Origin: Camelus ferus
Lineage: Eukaryota
DNA length: 64,000 nucleotides
Assembly: GCF_009834535.1 (NCBI RefSeq)
Contig: NC_045697.1
Location: 79,486,001 to 79,550,000, forward strand
Direction of reading: 5' to 3'
Shown here: piece by piece, positions 50,715-62,045 of the stretch
Layout: each line of letters begins with the position of its first letter
Numbering within the stretch: position 1 is the first letter of the stretch
Notes under the pieces: model-generated
Database searches by the model: none
What the model was told of the DNA's origin: nothing
Seen by the model: the letters and a program-made list of their open reading frames with translations, nothing else
Position numbers and translations under genes: made by a program

Positions 50715-52932
50715 GAAATGAACTATGACATCCCTAATTTAGTGTTTTGAAAATGCTCAATACTGCTTTGATAGAGTTAATTCTATGCATATTCAACATT
50801 TCATTAGGAGATAATTAAGCTTGCAACTAATGGGAAAAAGTACTAATCTGGATTAGCATAAAGTAATACTTCCTAGAAACAGTGTTGGAACACTTGATGA
50901 ATATTCAATTCATTTAAGGAAAAAAAAGAATCACTGGGCTACAGTTCTCAAAACGTATTGAGGTACACAGTTTGTAGCTGAATACCGCGGAAATTTTATC
51001 TAGGAAGCTAAGTATATCAAATCAAGAGGATGTCAAGAACATACAAAGTGGAGTGATAATTTACATAGTTTCTTTCATCTATAGATTTTTGATAATGGGA
51101 ATTTTGCCCCTGGGAGGTGGTAGTCTGCTGCATTCAAAAGATAACTAAGTGCAGTGGAATTTTCCCTGGTCCCAGAAATCTGATTATAGAGGCACAAAGT
51201 ATGAGATAACTGGTTAGGATTCTTTTGAAAGACTCAAGGCAGAATCATGCAGCTGAAAACTTTAATAAAAGATCTTGGTTATAGTTTAAGATCAGTCTGA
51301 CCAGCGGTCACCCGTAGGAGGGTGGTGCCTCAATATTTTAAATGCTTTTGTTTGCATCACCCCAATGGGGTTAACAAGATCTGGAGTCTGGAGACTGAGT
51401 TTGGACACTTGCTTCAATTCTGGCTGGTGCCGTTTATCCTTGCTGGGCTTTAGTCTTCTCATCTGTAAAGTGGAAATAGTAATAGTTTACTGTTTATTAG
51501 TTTGATTCTGTGTCTTAAATGAAATGTGTAGATAAAGCACTTGCTCAAATTTTAAAACAACTTTAAAAATGAGTTTATTATTATTGCTAGAAATCGTTGC
51601 TGTTGGTACGAGGCATAGTGTGAGAAGATAGAGAGAGATAGAAGGCTATTCAGAAGGGATATTTCAACAAAGCTTCTGGTGCCCGCTAAGAAATTTTGAA
51701 AATTTTGCCACTCTCTCTGTTCAAAACTGTAATGCATAAAGTGGCTAGGCCAGAAAGGTAAATAAAGGCACGTAGAATTAGTCTCACAAGGGAGAGGAAC
51801 CAGATATTTCTCTCTGGATCTGTGAACAGTATTTATTTTGCACCTTTCTCTTTTTTGCTAAGTTTAACTGTTAGGGCTTTATTTAGGTCTTTGTTGGGGG
51901 CTCTGGGGTGTTTCCATTCACCTTTATGAATTGTCCTGGAAACTTTTCAAAACATATTTCATGTGAGTTATCACTTTATTTAGGATACAGCCATTAAGAT
52001 CCAGGCCCCATGAAGAACCTCTGCTTTTCCCTACTTGAGTCTGCCTGTGGGAGTTAACACTGTCAGACTCCAGGGAGGTTCCGGAATGGAGGGTTCACTA
52101 ACCTGAGCGTTCATTTTGCACTTTGACTAGATTTACCATCTGGCAAACAGGAAGTTTTCCCTCAAAGAAATCATTCTGTCAGAATTCACAGACTTTTCTT
52201 CCACTGAGATATTCCTCTGTATCTTCTGACTGGTCTCCTGACTCCACTCTCACCCGTCTAACTCAGTACTTCATAGTCCCATTAAGGGAGAACCCATTAC
52301 ACCTGCCGAAGCTACCTTCAGGAGTTCCGGGGAATCTTGACGAGTAAGTCAGAGGAACCTTGGCCATGTCCACATTATTAAAATAACTTAAAGCAATGAC
52401 AGTTGCAAGCATTTCTGGGGTACAGCTTCTCAGCATAACTTGTCTTTTCTTTCTCCTTTGTTTTGCACTCCCTCTGCTCTCTAGTATTTCCCAACCTCTC
52501 TTTATACTAAGAATGCTGGACTCTGCTCTAGCTTCCTACCTGGGTCTACAGATTGTATTTCAGTTCTAAATGGAAACTAATCAAGAGGCAACAATACCCT
52601 CAGTGGCTACATCTCTTGAATTCTCACACAGACTTTGTTCTCCTAGGCACTCCATTGTCACTGATACACAGCCTCCCTTTAGAGTCTACCAAACCATTTC
52701 CACCTAATCCTGATTTAGCTGCTTTTGTAGTGAGTGGGTTGGTTAGTCTAGCTCTTTCAATCAGCTGTTTCTGGGTTCCTTTCTTCTTAGACTACTTACC
52801 ATCCATATATGAACAACGGACCTGCATGTGTACTCACACACTGTCTCGTTTGACCTCACACTATCATTATGGGATAGGTTACAGTGATCCCATTTTACAG
52901 ATGAGGTTCAGAAACAGTTAATGATTTGCTAG

Positions 52933-53428
52933 TGTAGGGGAGCAGAAAATTCTTTTTCCTACTGCCTTCCAGGTTCTCTGGCTGGGGTCCAATAAATTGG
53001 ACTGACAAGAGGCAGATTAACAAGAGAAAAGCATACAAGTTTATTTAAGGTAAGTTTTATGTGACATGGCAGCCTTCCTAAGGAAATGAAGATGGGAAGA
53101 AACTGTTAATCCTGAGAGTTTTTGAATTAGGTTTGATGAAGAGTGGACAGTCATGGGAAAATGTGATGGGACAAAAGAGTATAAGCTAAGGGTAATGAAC
53201 GGGGGGAAACTTAGCAAGGCTTGTTCCTCTCTGTGTCCTCTGTCTTTGGAGATAAGGATGCTCCTTTCCCCCAGGTACAGGGAAGGCACCTCTCACATGA
53301 GGGTCTTAAGACATTTCAGGAGAGGCAGGGGAGGTCAGAGAATCCTTCTCGCACCTGCCATTTCTCAAATTCCTTCAGCTTAAAATATTCAGTATGCCAA
53401 GGCACCATGTTTTGGCATGCTTTGTTCC
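52933..53428 (-). mobile_element. ERV1 solo LTR (MER34/MER39-like), copy 3, inserted in a MIR
   Basis: Colinear with copies 1 and 2; AATAAA on - strand at 53040-53045; CTAG at 52929-52932 and 53429-53432; reverse MIR core cccattttacagatgagg just upstream. Confidence 0.8.
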
Positions 53429-53667
53429 CTAGATAATGGCAGAGAGGAGACAAGACTCCACATCTCCAAGATCTTGGTGCAGTGTTCTCTCCATTGAATT
53501 CTGTTTCTCTTTTATCTTCTTGACCTCTTACCTCTTCTCTCTTTTTGAAATGCCTATCTGCCTACTGAGATTCTTCAAGGACAAATGTTGAGTGTTTACT
53601 ACTTCAGTATTTTATATACAGTCTCTCATTTAATCCTCATGACCTTATGGTGAAGTTATTACTATGA

Positions 53668-53820
53668 TTTTTTTTTTAGTATTTTGAAAAATTGAAGTAT
53701 AGTTGATGTACAATATTATGTAAGTTAGAGGTACACAATATAATGATTCACAAGTTTTAAAGATTGTACTCCACTTGCAGTTATTTTAAGTATTGGCCGT
53801 ATTCCCTGTGTTGTACAAAC
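53668..53820 (-). mobile_element. L1 3' terminus inserted in a MIR
   Basis: attgaagtatagttgatgtacaatattatgtaagtt...tattccctgtgttgtaca; MIR-like sequence on both sides. Confidence 0.8.
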
Positions 53821-53981
53821 TATGAACTTGATATTACAAATGAGGAACTGGATGAAACATGGAAAAATGAAGTAAGAAGGATGCAGTCCAAAGTCATATG
53901 TGTAGTATCCAGCAATATGAACATGTGAACCCAAGAAGTGTAATTTCAGAGTTCTTGCTAGTCAGGCTTTTTTTTTTTTGG

Positions 53982-54050
53982 CTTTCTTTTCTTTCTTTCT
54001 TTTCCTGTCTTTCTTTCTTCCTTTCTTTCCTTCTTTCTTTCTTTTTCCCT
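53982..54050 (+). repeat. (TTTC)n-type pyrimidine simple repeat
   Basis: Seen directly. Confidence 0.85.
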
Positions 54051-57000
54051 TAAAATCCTCCCCTAATCTTGCCAATGTGTTCTTTTCCTTTCATCACTAA
54101 AATCACATCCATTATCTCTGTTCCCTTATCAACTGCTTACTCTTCGACTCCCTGCATGCTGACTTTCTATCAAAACTTTTTTTTCAGATCAGCAGTTACC
54201 AGTTGTCTAACATATATTCTTTCTTCTTTCCTTTATTTTTTTCTTTCTTTTAACCTTCACTTACTCTTGGTATTCTTCTCTCTTGAAGTTTTTCCTTTCA
54301 TTTTCTGTGATGCATTAATCTGACTGGTCCTTTTCCAAATCATGTATTCATTCATTCATTCATTTAGTGTGTGTGTGAATGTAAGAGAGAAGGTGAGAGA
54401 CACTGTACTAGTTATTGAGATTGGAAAATGGGTTCTGTGGTGTTTTATGCTTTTTTTCTTATCCTGATTACTTATTATTTGGATATGTTTGTGAAAATTT
54501 GTCAAGCCCTGCATTATGATTTGTGCACTTTTTAATAAAACATTTAAAAACAGGTAAGTACAATGAGGAGTTTAGGGTCTAGTGTGGGAAAGACACACAA
54601 GTGGTTACAATATGGTACGACTGCAATGCCATATATACTGATATAGGTTATGATGCTTGGAGTCCTGTGAAATTCCAAAGTGAACAGTGAGAACTGAGGT
54701 AGTGATGCCAGAGTTGAAAGTTAAAAAGAAAAATTTTATAAGGTCAAAGGGTTTGAAGATTTAATTAAGACTGATATAAGCATCTTTTAAGCAGAGGGAT
54801 GGCATATAAAACATACATTTAAAACAGAAAGAAAGATTGCCAAGTTTGGAAGAATCCATAGTCGTCCAACCACCCAAAAGATTTTGAGTACTTATGCTTA
54901 GGTACTATGTTAGGAATGACAAAGTCTCTGCTCTCAATGAGTTTACTCTCTAGTGTAGCATATGAGATTGACAGGCAGTTAAAGGTGTGATGAGTTAACT
55001 ACTACCAAGAAAGATCATGGCAATGTTGAACTTGAGACCTAAAATAAGTGAATAGACTTTAGCCTTGAAACTGAGGCCAAACCCTAATGGTCATGTTAAT
55101 TGTTAAGGATTTTATCCCAAAGGCAATTTTTTCATTGTAAGTGAAAGTATTAGATTTGTAGTTGAGGGAGGTTCTCTCTCTGTGGCTGCAGGGGCTAGAC
55201 TGAGAGTTAGGATCCCAGCTAAAAGGGTGTTGAGACAGTAGAGCTGTAAGAGTTGGACGCCTGGCTTTGTTAGCTGTGTTCGTGATACTAAGACAGGATG
55301 CCTTCTGTAGGTAGATTTCTCAGGACCCGGTGTCGATTGGATGTCAACCAGAGAGTGAGGGGTCAGGAAAGTCTTCCCCACTGCTGACATGGTCGTAAAG
55401 ATAGACCAGACTCTCAAATAGAAAGTGAGAGAGCAGGTCTTGAAGGAAGAACCAGCGTGTCTGGTTTTGGCCTTAATGTCAGTGAGGTGAAAGTTCAGTG
55501 TGGCTAAATATCCACAGCAGGTTGTAGCTAAACTAGGAAGATGGGTGAGGAGCATATTTTGGAGGGCATTCCATATCTGTGTGCACACTTGGAATCTATC
55601 CATGAAGGCCACGAGGAGCTCTAAGGGCTTCTAGTCCAAGATATGTGCTTTTATGTTCAACAGTCTTACATTTACTGATCTCATTCACTATTTTCATTCA
55701 GAGTATTCCTAAATCTGTGTTTCTAGGTATACTTCTGTAGAGATGCTTCTGTAACATTTCCATTGGCTTACTTGGTGATTGGTGCCACCCCGTTGTCTTA
55801 GATCTTTCCCTGGAGATCTCACTCACACTTAAAATTTAACGTAACTCCCACGTTTGCTCTTTCATGATCATTTCCTCCCCACCATCCTTCCATTAGACAG
55901 TCACTAAATATTGGCATCATCTCTGACTTTATTTACTCTGCTTATCTAATCAGATAGCCCTTGGTCCCACTGATCTCTTTTCTATTGTAGCTCCCTAATC
56001 TATGGCTCCTTCTATTCCAGTCACTTTTGTGTGTTTTTATATTTCTCATTGATTTTTTTCTTTGTATCTTCTAACTGGTCTCCTTGACTGCACTGTAAGT
56101 CCCCTCTAATTTGTGGTCCTCATTGGTTGGGCTGGCACAAGTGGTCATCATGAATCAGGATCACCTAGAGAGCTGCTCCTCTCAAGAAAGCCAGGATATA
56201 TCAGATCCTCAAGAATATTGCAGCCTTAATATGTGCAATATTTTTAGATTCTCAGAAAGGTGTGCTTTTGTTTTCAGATAGATTCTGAACTTTTGTTCTA
56301 CTGTGTTATACTCCACATGAGTATTAATTCTATGGATAAATTTTAAAACTAGTAAATATCTCATACACCTTTGTGAGTGAAATATAATATTTACAACAAC
56401 AACAAAAAAAAATGCTTTATTTTCTCTTCCCTCTGTGTTCTACAGAGAACCAGTGAATTTAATTCAGTTTTTCCCAAAGGATGAGTATCAGCTAGAGTGA
56501 TTGTGGACCAGAGATTATATTTTATTAGGTTTTTGATAGGGCTCAGGAATTTGTAGTTTAAGACTGTCTAATCTAATTCCTTCTATATGCACTTGCTAAA
56601 GTTATATTCGTTAAGCACAGGTAAGGGCTAACTTGTGGTTTCAGTTTTCTAAAGTGCAGTGAACATGGAGTGAGAGGCATGTGATTAAGATTTGTCTACA
56701 TTGTTTATTAGCTCTGTGAACTTGAACAGGTCCTTAATATCTTTGAACCATGTCTGTAAAAGGGGATGATAATAAGTCATATTAATAATCATAATATTGA
56801 TTTCTTATCTGGATCAGAAACTTCTTCCATTATGAAGATCTTTTATATATTTACATTCCACTTTCTTCTTATAATAATGTGGCTATTGATAACCACTCAG
56901 TTTCTCTCAGACTTCAGAACTGGGTCATAAAGTGAGAATGGCCCTAGAAGACAGGGTAGCCAAATGCTGAGACGTAGGGTCAGAGCTATTAAAAAAATCC

Positions 57001-57124
57001 CCTCTTCACTCAAGCCAGTGTTAGTTCTGAACTGCAGGATGGTATCAGGAATTTGATAGGGCATCGCCCAGACAGGGATGGGGAACCCCCGCATCCACAC
57101 ATGAATGCAAAGTAAAATTTGGGT

Positions 57125-57304
57125 CAGTGGTTCTCAACTTGGCTGCTCACAGGACGCACACAAGGAGCTTTACAAACTGCCGATGCCCAGTTTCTGCTCC
57201 CAGAGTTTCTGATTTAATTTCCCTCGGCTGAGGCCTACAAAGAAGTTTAAAATACTCCCCAGAATCCAGATTATTTTAATGTGCAATTATGCTTTAGAAC
57301 CATT
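57125..57304. mobile_element. MER5-like hAT-Charlie element
   Basis: cagtggttctcaacttggctgc...cccagagtttctgatttaatt...ttagaaccatta. Confidence 0.7.
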
Positions 57305-57599
57305 ACTTTAGGATGTCTCATGAGGAATTTGCTTTTTCCTTCCAAATTGTCAGTTACTAAACTAAAATGATCTTTTAAAAAAGAATTTACATACAGTTTT
57401 GTATGTGCCAGGTATCGTTTTAAGCATTTTACAAATATTAATTCTTTTGATCTTCTCAACAATGTATGAAATAATTATTATTTCTATTTTACTAATGAAG
57501 AAATTGAGGTATTGAGATATTGAGCAACTTGCCCACTTTTTGGATTCAGGTAGTTTGGAAATGATGTTCTGAAAGTGCAGGCTAAGCTGTTTCTGTAGA

Positions 57600-57737
57600 C
57601 TTTTTTGGGGGGGAGGTGATTAGGTTTATTTATTTATTTACTTTTTGTTGTTCATTTGTTTTTAACAGAGGTACTGAGAATTGAACCTAGGACCTCCTGT
57701 ATGCTACGTGCTCTACCACTGAGCTTTACCATCCCCT
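57600..57737 (-). mobile_element. vic-1-like SINE with exact 13-bp TSD
   Basis: TSD ctgtttctgtaga at 57587-57599 and 57738-57750. Confidence 0.9.
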
Positions 57738-58379
57738 CTGTTTCTGTAGATTTTCTTCAGCCTTAAAAGGAGGGGGGAGGTCAAAATATTATAGCACAGT
57801 TAATGTCCTTCAGTGTTTTTTAAAATAAACATTTATTTTAAAAAATAGAAATTGGTTAAACTAATTTTAAAATATTACCATTACATAGAAGCTATGTAGG
57901 GCAAGAAATAAAAGAAAATCGTAGAATGGATGCATATGTATTATGTCTTCAATTAACTCTGATAAAGTTCTAATTTTTTAAATTGACATTTTATTATGAA
58001 AAAATTTCTAGTATAAAGAAAAGTAGAATAGTAAATTTCTAGTATAAAGAAAAGTAGCTAGTAAAAATTATATATCCAGCAGTATTTAAACAAAATAATT
58101 TAAAAAGCTGTTAAAGAGAGAATTAAAATGCTAAATTGAATCTCTAACACAATATCCTAGCTTTAGCAGTTATGAAGATTCTGCCATATTTGTTTCATCT
58201 GAAATATTTTAGAGTGCTTACAAACATGATTGTCTATCCCTAAATATTTAACTATACATCTCTAAAAACGTGAAGTTTTTCTATATAACTACATCAAACA
58301 AAATTGACAACTTTTTTTGTATTTATTATATATTTTTATTGAAGTATAGTTAGTTTACAATGTTGTAAAAGTGTTATAC

Positions 58380-58484
58380 TTTTATTTTGTTGTTTTTTCT
58401 TTTTCAAATAAAGGCACTGGGAATCGAACCAAGTACCTTGTGCATGCTCAGCATGAGCTCTACCAACTGAGCCACATCCCAGCC
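58380..58484 (-). mobile_element. tRNA-derived SINE, short variant with strong A and B boxes
   Basis: - strand gggctgggatgTGGCTCAGTTGGtagagc...GGTTCGATTCCcagtgcc, then an A-rich tail with no cctaattac segment. Confidence 0.8.
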
Positions 58485-59049
58485 CAACAACCTCTTAATG
58501 TTATCTAAGATCCAGTTTATGTTTAAATTTTCCCAATTGTCCCCAAAATGTCTTTTACAGCTAATTTGTTAAAATCAGGATCCAAGCAAGGTCCACATAT
58601 TTATTGCATTTGGCTGTTTTGCTTGTGAGGTCTCTTTTAATCTAGAACAGTTCTCACTGCCCTCCATCCCTAACCTTTTTATGACCTTGCCATGCTGAGA
58701 GGGAGGACCAATTGTCTACTGAACATCTCCTTTTTGAATTTGTCAGATTGAAGCTCTATTTTATTATTAATTTGTTTTATCTTTCTCCTGGCTACTTGTG
58801 ACTGCAAGCATTTTTTCTCTTTTTGTCTTTAATCATTTGCTATTTTGTAACATATCTATTCATTGAAACCCTTATCTGCCTTTTACCTTCTAATAGTAGA
58901 TATAACCCTGTTCTGTCTTCTGGAACAACTTTTCCTACTCACTTTTTTCCACTGATGGGTCCTTCTGACATGTTTTTTTTTTTTTATACTGGATATGCCT
59001 CACAGCTCTAAAATCCTTCCTTTATGATCAGGAGCTTTCCGCTTCAGTT

Positions 59050-59261
59050 CAGTAATTCTCAGTTGGAGTAGTACTGCCCCCTAGAGGAACTTCTGGAAAT
59101 ATGTGACAATTTCAATTGTCACAGTGACTGGGGGTTTATTGGCATATATATGTTGGCCAGAGGCCAAAGATGCTAAATGTCCTTCTCTACTTGGAATAAT
59201 CCTGAGCAATTAAGAATTATTTTGCCTACAACTATAATAGTGCTTATGTTGAAAAACACTG
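59050..59261 (+). mobile_element. MER20-like hAT DNA transposon
   Basis: cagtaattctca...tgccccctag...ttgtcacagtgactgggg...agaggccaaagatgctaa...aagaattat...aatagtgc...gttgaaaaacactg follows the MER20 layout. Confidence 0.8.
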
Positions 59262-59423
59262 CAAATGAAATGGTCCTAGTTAATTTACTCTTGGTTGACT
59301 GATACATCGACATATAGCAGGTGTTTAATAAATATTTATTGGAGTCATGAATTTTGAAATATGACCTTTTAAAGCAGGCGATTTTGCCACATACACACAT
59401 TATGCACACACATTACACAAAAC

Positions 59424-59925
59424 TATTTTGTTAGAACTCCTTTAATTACAAGTGAGAAAAACTCAGTTCACACTGTATTATGTAACTGAAAAGTTCAGGG
59501 GTATCTGTCTTCAGAAACTGCCAGATCCATGGGCTTCAAAGGTATTATTGGTACTTGATCTCCTTTCAGCTTTTGGCTTTCTACTCCGAGTATTGACTTC
59601 ACTTTCTGATGGGCTCTTTCCTCAACAGGGTGTCCAGCAGCTCAAGGGTTACGTCCCTTACCCTGAAGTCCAGCAGAAAGGAGAATTTCCTCCTAATAGT
59701 TCCAACCCATGCTTCAGTCTTGCTAGAGTCATTTGCATCATCTGCTTGTGTGTAAACCAATCACCGTGGCCAGAGGAGGTGGGGTGCATTGATAGGTCAG
59801 GCAAGATTGTGTTTTTTCTCTCACTCAAGGCAGGCGTTGAATGTAGCTCACCTGCACCAGTGCTTTTATCAAAAGAAAAGGGGAAGGATGCTGAGCAGGA
59901 AGCAAACAAACAACAAAAATGACAC
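59424..59925. mobile_element. Old MaLR LTR (MLT1K-like)
   Basis: tatgtaactgaaaagttcagggg, aaccaatcaccgtggccagagg, aaggggaaggatgctgagcagg motifs. Confidence 0.65.
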
Positions 59926-60169
59926 ACATTTCCAGTGCTGAAACCCATCACTTAGTACAGAGCACCAATCAAATGTTCATTCAGTCATCATCATCTGTGC
60001 CAGGCACAGATTTTTAAAATGTAATTTTACAGTGTAATTTTAATGTGATTATACAATACCAAACATAATTTGTGTATTTTGAATATCTTATGATATAAAG
60101 CATCATTTCTCTCTTACTACAAAACTATAAACTAAAAGAATAGTCCAAATAGAACTGAAGTCTTTAATT

Positions 60170-60300
60170 TTTTTTCTTTTTTTTTTTTTGTGGAGGGGTA
60201 GGTAATTAGGTTTATTTATGTTTAGGGGAGGCACTGGGGATTGAACCCAGGACCTCATGCATGCTCATGCGCTCTACCACTTGGGCTATACCCTTCTCCC
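60170..60300 (-). mobile_element. vic-1-like SINE with 16-bp TSD
   Basis: TSD actgaagt(c/a)tttaatt at 60154-60169 and 60301-60316. Confidence 0.9.
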
Positions 60301-61414
60301 ACTGAAGTATTTAATTCAGTTCTACAGGTGTTTCTTGAGGCCTCCTTGTGGTGTCAAATATCTAATAAAATGGTTGAAGAACAATTCAAAGTAGTATGAA
60401 CTTAAGAGGCTAAATTTAATCTAACTACTAAAATATTCAGTTTAGTCCATATATTCCTAGCTTTCACCTCTGGGGCAAAGGGAGTGGGCAGCAGGCAAAT
60501 ATTTATAGACTAAATTTTCTTTTTGGATATGCCTTGAATATGTAGATGCTATTGTTAAATATTAAATGTCTCCTCACTGATAGCATTTTGGGCCATTGTT
60601 GTTCCCTTAGAAGACACTAAGAGTAACATTGTTTTTTAACTTTAAAAGGACTTAATAGCTCAAATAGTCTGTGATTCCCAACCCAGGCAAATACTCCTTT
60701 TACAGGAATATCTTTTCCCATCTCCTCAATCCTCTACCAAGGTCTGAAATACTTCCCTTTTGCCTTTTAGCTGAAAACAATCAGAGGAAGAAAGGAATAG
60801 GGTCAGAAAGGCTCAAAAAGGGAAGGAGACAGGGAGACAGCAAGGAAGAAGAAACCCGGGAAGACAGCACTGATGTGCAAGATTTGTTGAATGGCTGCTG
60901 TCAAAGGGGAGTTAGGCATATGGATGTAAGGGATATTTGAGTTTATATGTTGTCCTTTCTATCTGCATTGACATTACTCCATAATCAATAGGCTTAGAAT
61001 CTTTCAGTCCTCATCCTAACTGAAATGAGAAGCATTTGGTATTATTGTTCATGCTTACCTTCTTGAAATTCTCTTTTTCTTTATATTCTGCAGTAGTATT
61101 TCTTCTGAGGCAGGAGAGAATTTCTGTTTTTCTGACTACCTTTTAAATAGTGTTCCCCAAATTTCTTATTTTGCTGTTAATAATAATCTTAATCTTTGTA
61201 CTCTCTGAGATCGATTTATGCCGATGTTGCAAATGTATGTCACCAGCTCAAAATGTTTTTTGGTTCTAGACTAATGTTTCCATCTGACTTTCGGATGTTT
61301 TTACCCAGATGTCCTATAATGATCTCAAACTCAAGATGTCTAGACCTGAACTTGTATTTCTCTACTCAAATGCTCTGCCTGTTTCAAAGTCTGTAAAAAG
61401 AACCATAGGGTTTC

Positions 61415-62045
61415 TTACTATCTGTTTTCTGTTGCTACAAAAAAAAACTGCAAAGCAGTTCTCTCTGAAAGTTCAGTGGCTTAAAATACAGTCATTATTA
61501 TGGCTCACAGGTTTCAGCCAGTTTCATGCATTGAGTGTGAGTTCAGCTGCCCTTTGGTTGCATGGCTCTGCTGATCTAGGGTGCAGGGTGAGGGTTGGGG
61601 GAGCCTATCAGTGAAAAGACTATGATAGTAATCCAGGAGAGTGATGGTCAGGTCTTAAATCAGTCAGCATTAGGGTTTTACATTTTGACGGCCAGCTGGT
61701 TATGGCTGGTCTAAGATGACCTTCATTGGATAATTGGGCTCTTCAGGTGTCTCTCTTACGCACGTGTTTCTCATGTCCCTCTAGCAGGCTAGCCTAAGCA
61801 TGTTTTTAAGCAAGCTTAGAGAATACACTCATAGTGATCAGAGAGAAGCAGAAGAAGGTGGAAATCCTTAGAAGTTTTTTCAAGTCACTGCTCGCTTTAA
61901 GCTAGCTAGTGTCCCATTGATGAAAGCATGTCACATAGCCCAGCCTAAAATCAGAGTAGGAGAGAACTAAACACAATTGTAGGGTAAAAGGTGTAGATAT
62001 GGAAGGCCATTTAATTGGGGCCATTAATGGAATCAATCTATTACA
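61415..62045. mobile_element. MaLR LTR (MLT1F/H-like), fragmented
   Basis: ttcagtggcttaaaa, ggctggtctaagatgacct, ctagcaggctagcc, gtcccattgatgaaagcatgtcacatagcccagcc. Confidence 0.6.

Noticed and set aside
47414..53428. LTR pairs as the two ends of one provirus
   Set aside because: Spacers contain MIR/L2-like DNA with no recognisable gag/pol, there is no shared outer TSD, and the copies are diverged.
54545..54560. Perfect donor CAG|GTAAGT
   Set aside because: Lies among L1/L2 remnants with no convincing upstream acceptor or reading frame.
55112..55612. 166-aa - strand ORF (also 59452-59922 and 37080-37547)
   Set aside because: No recognisable homology; the other two overlap an MLT1 LTR or a microsatellite.
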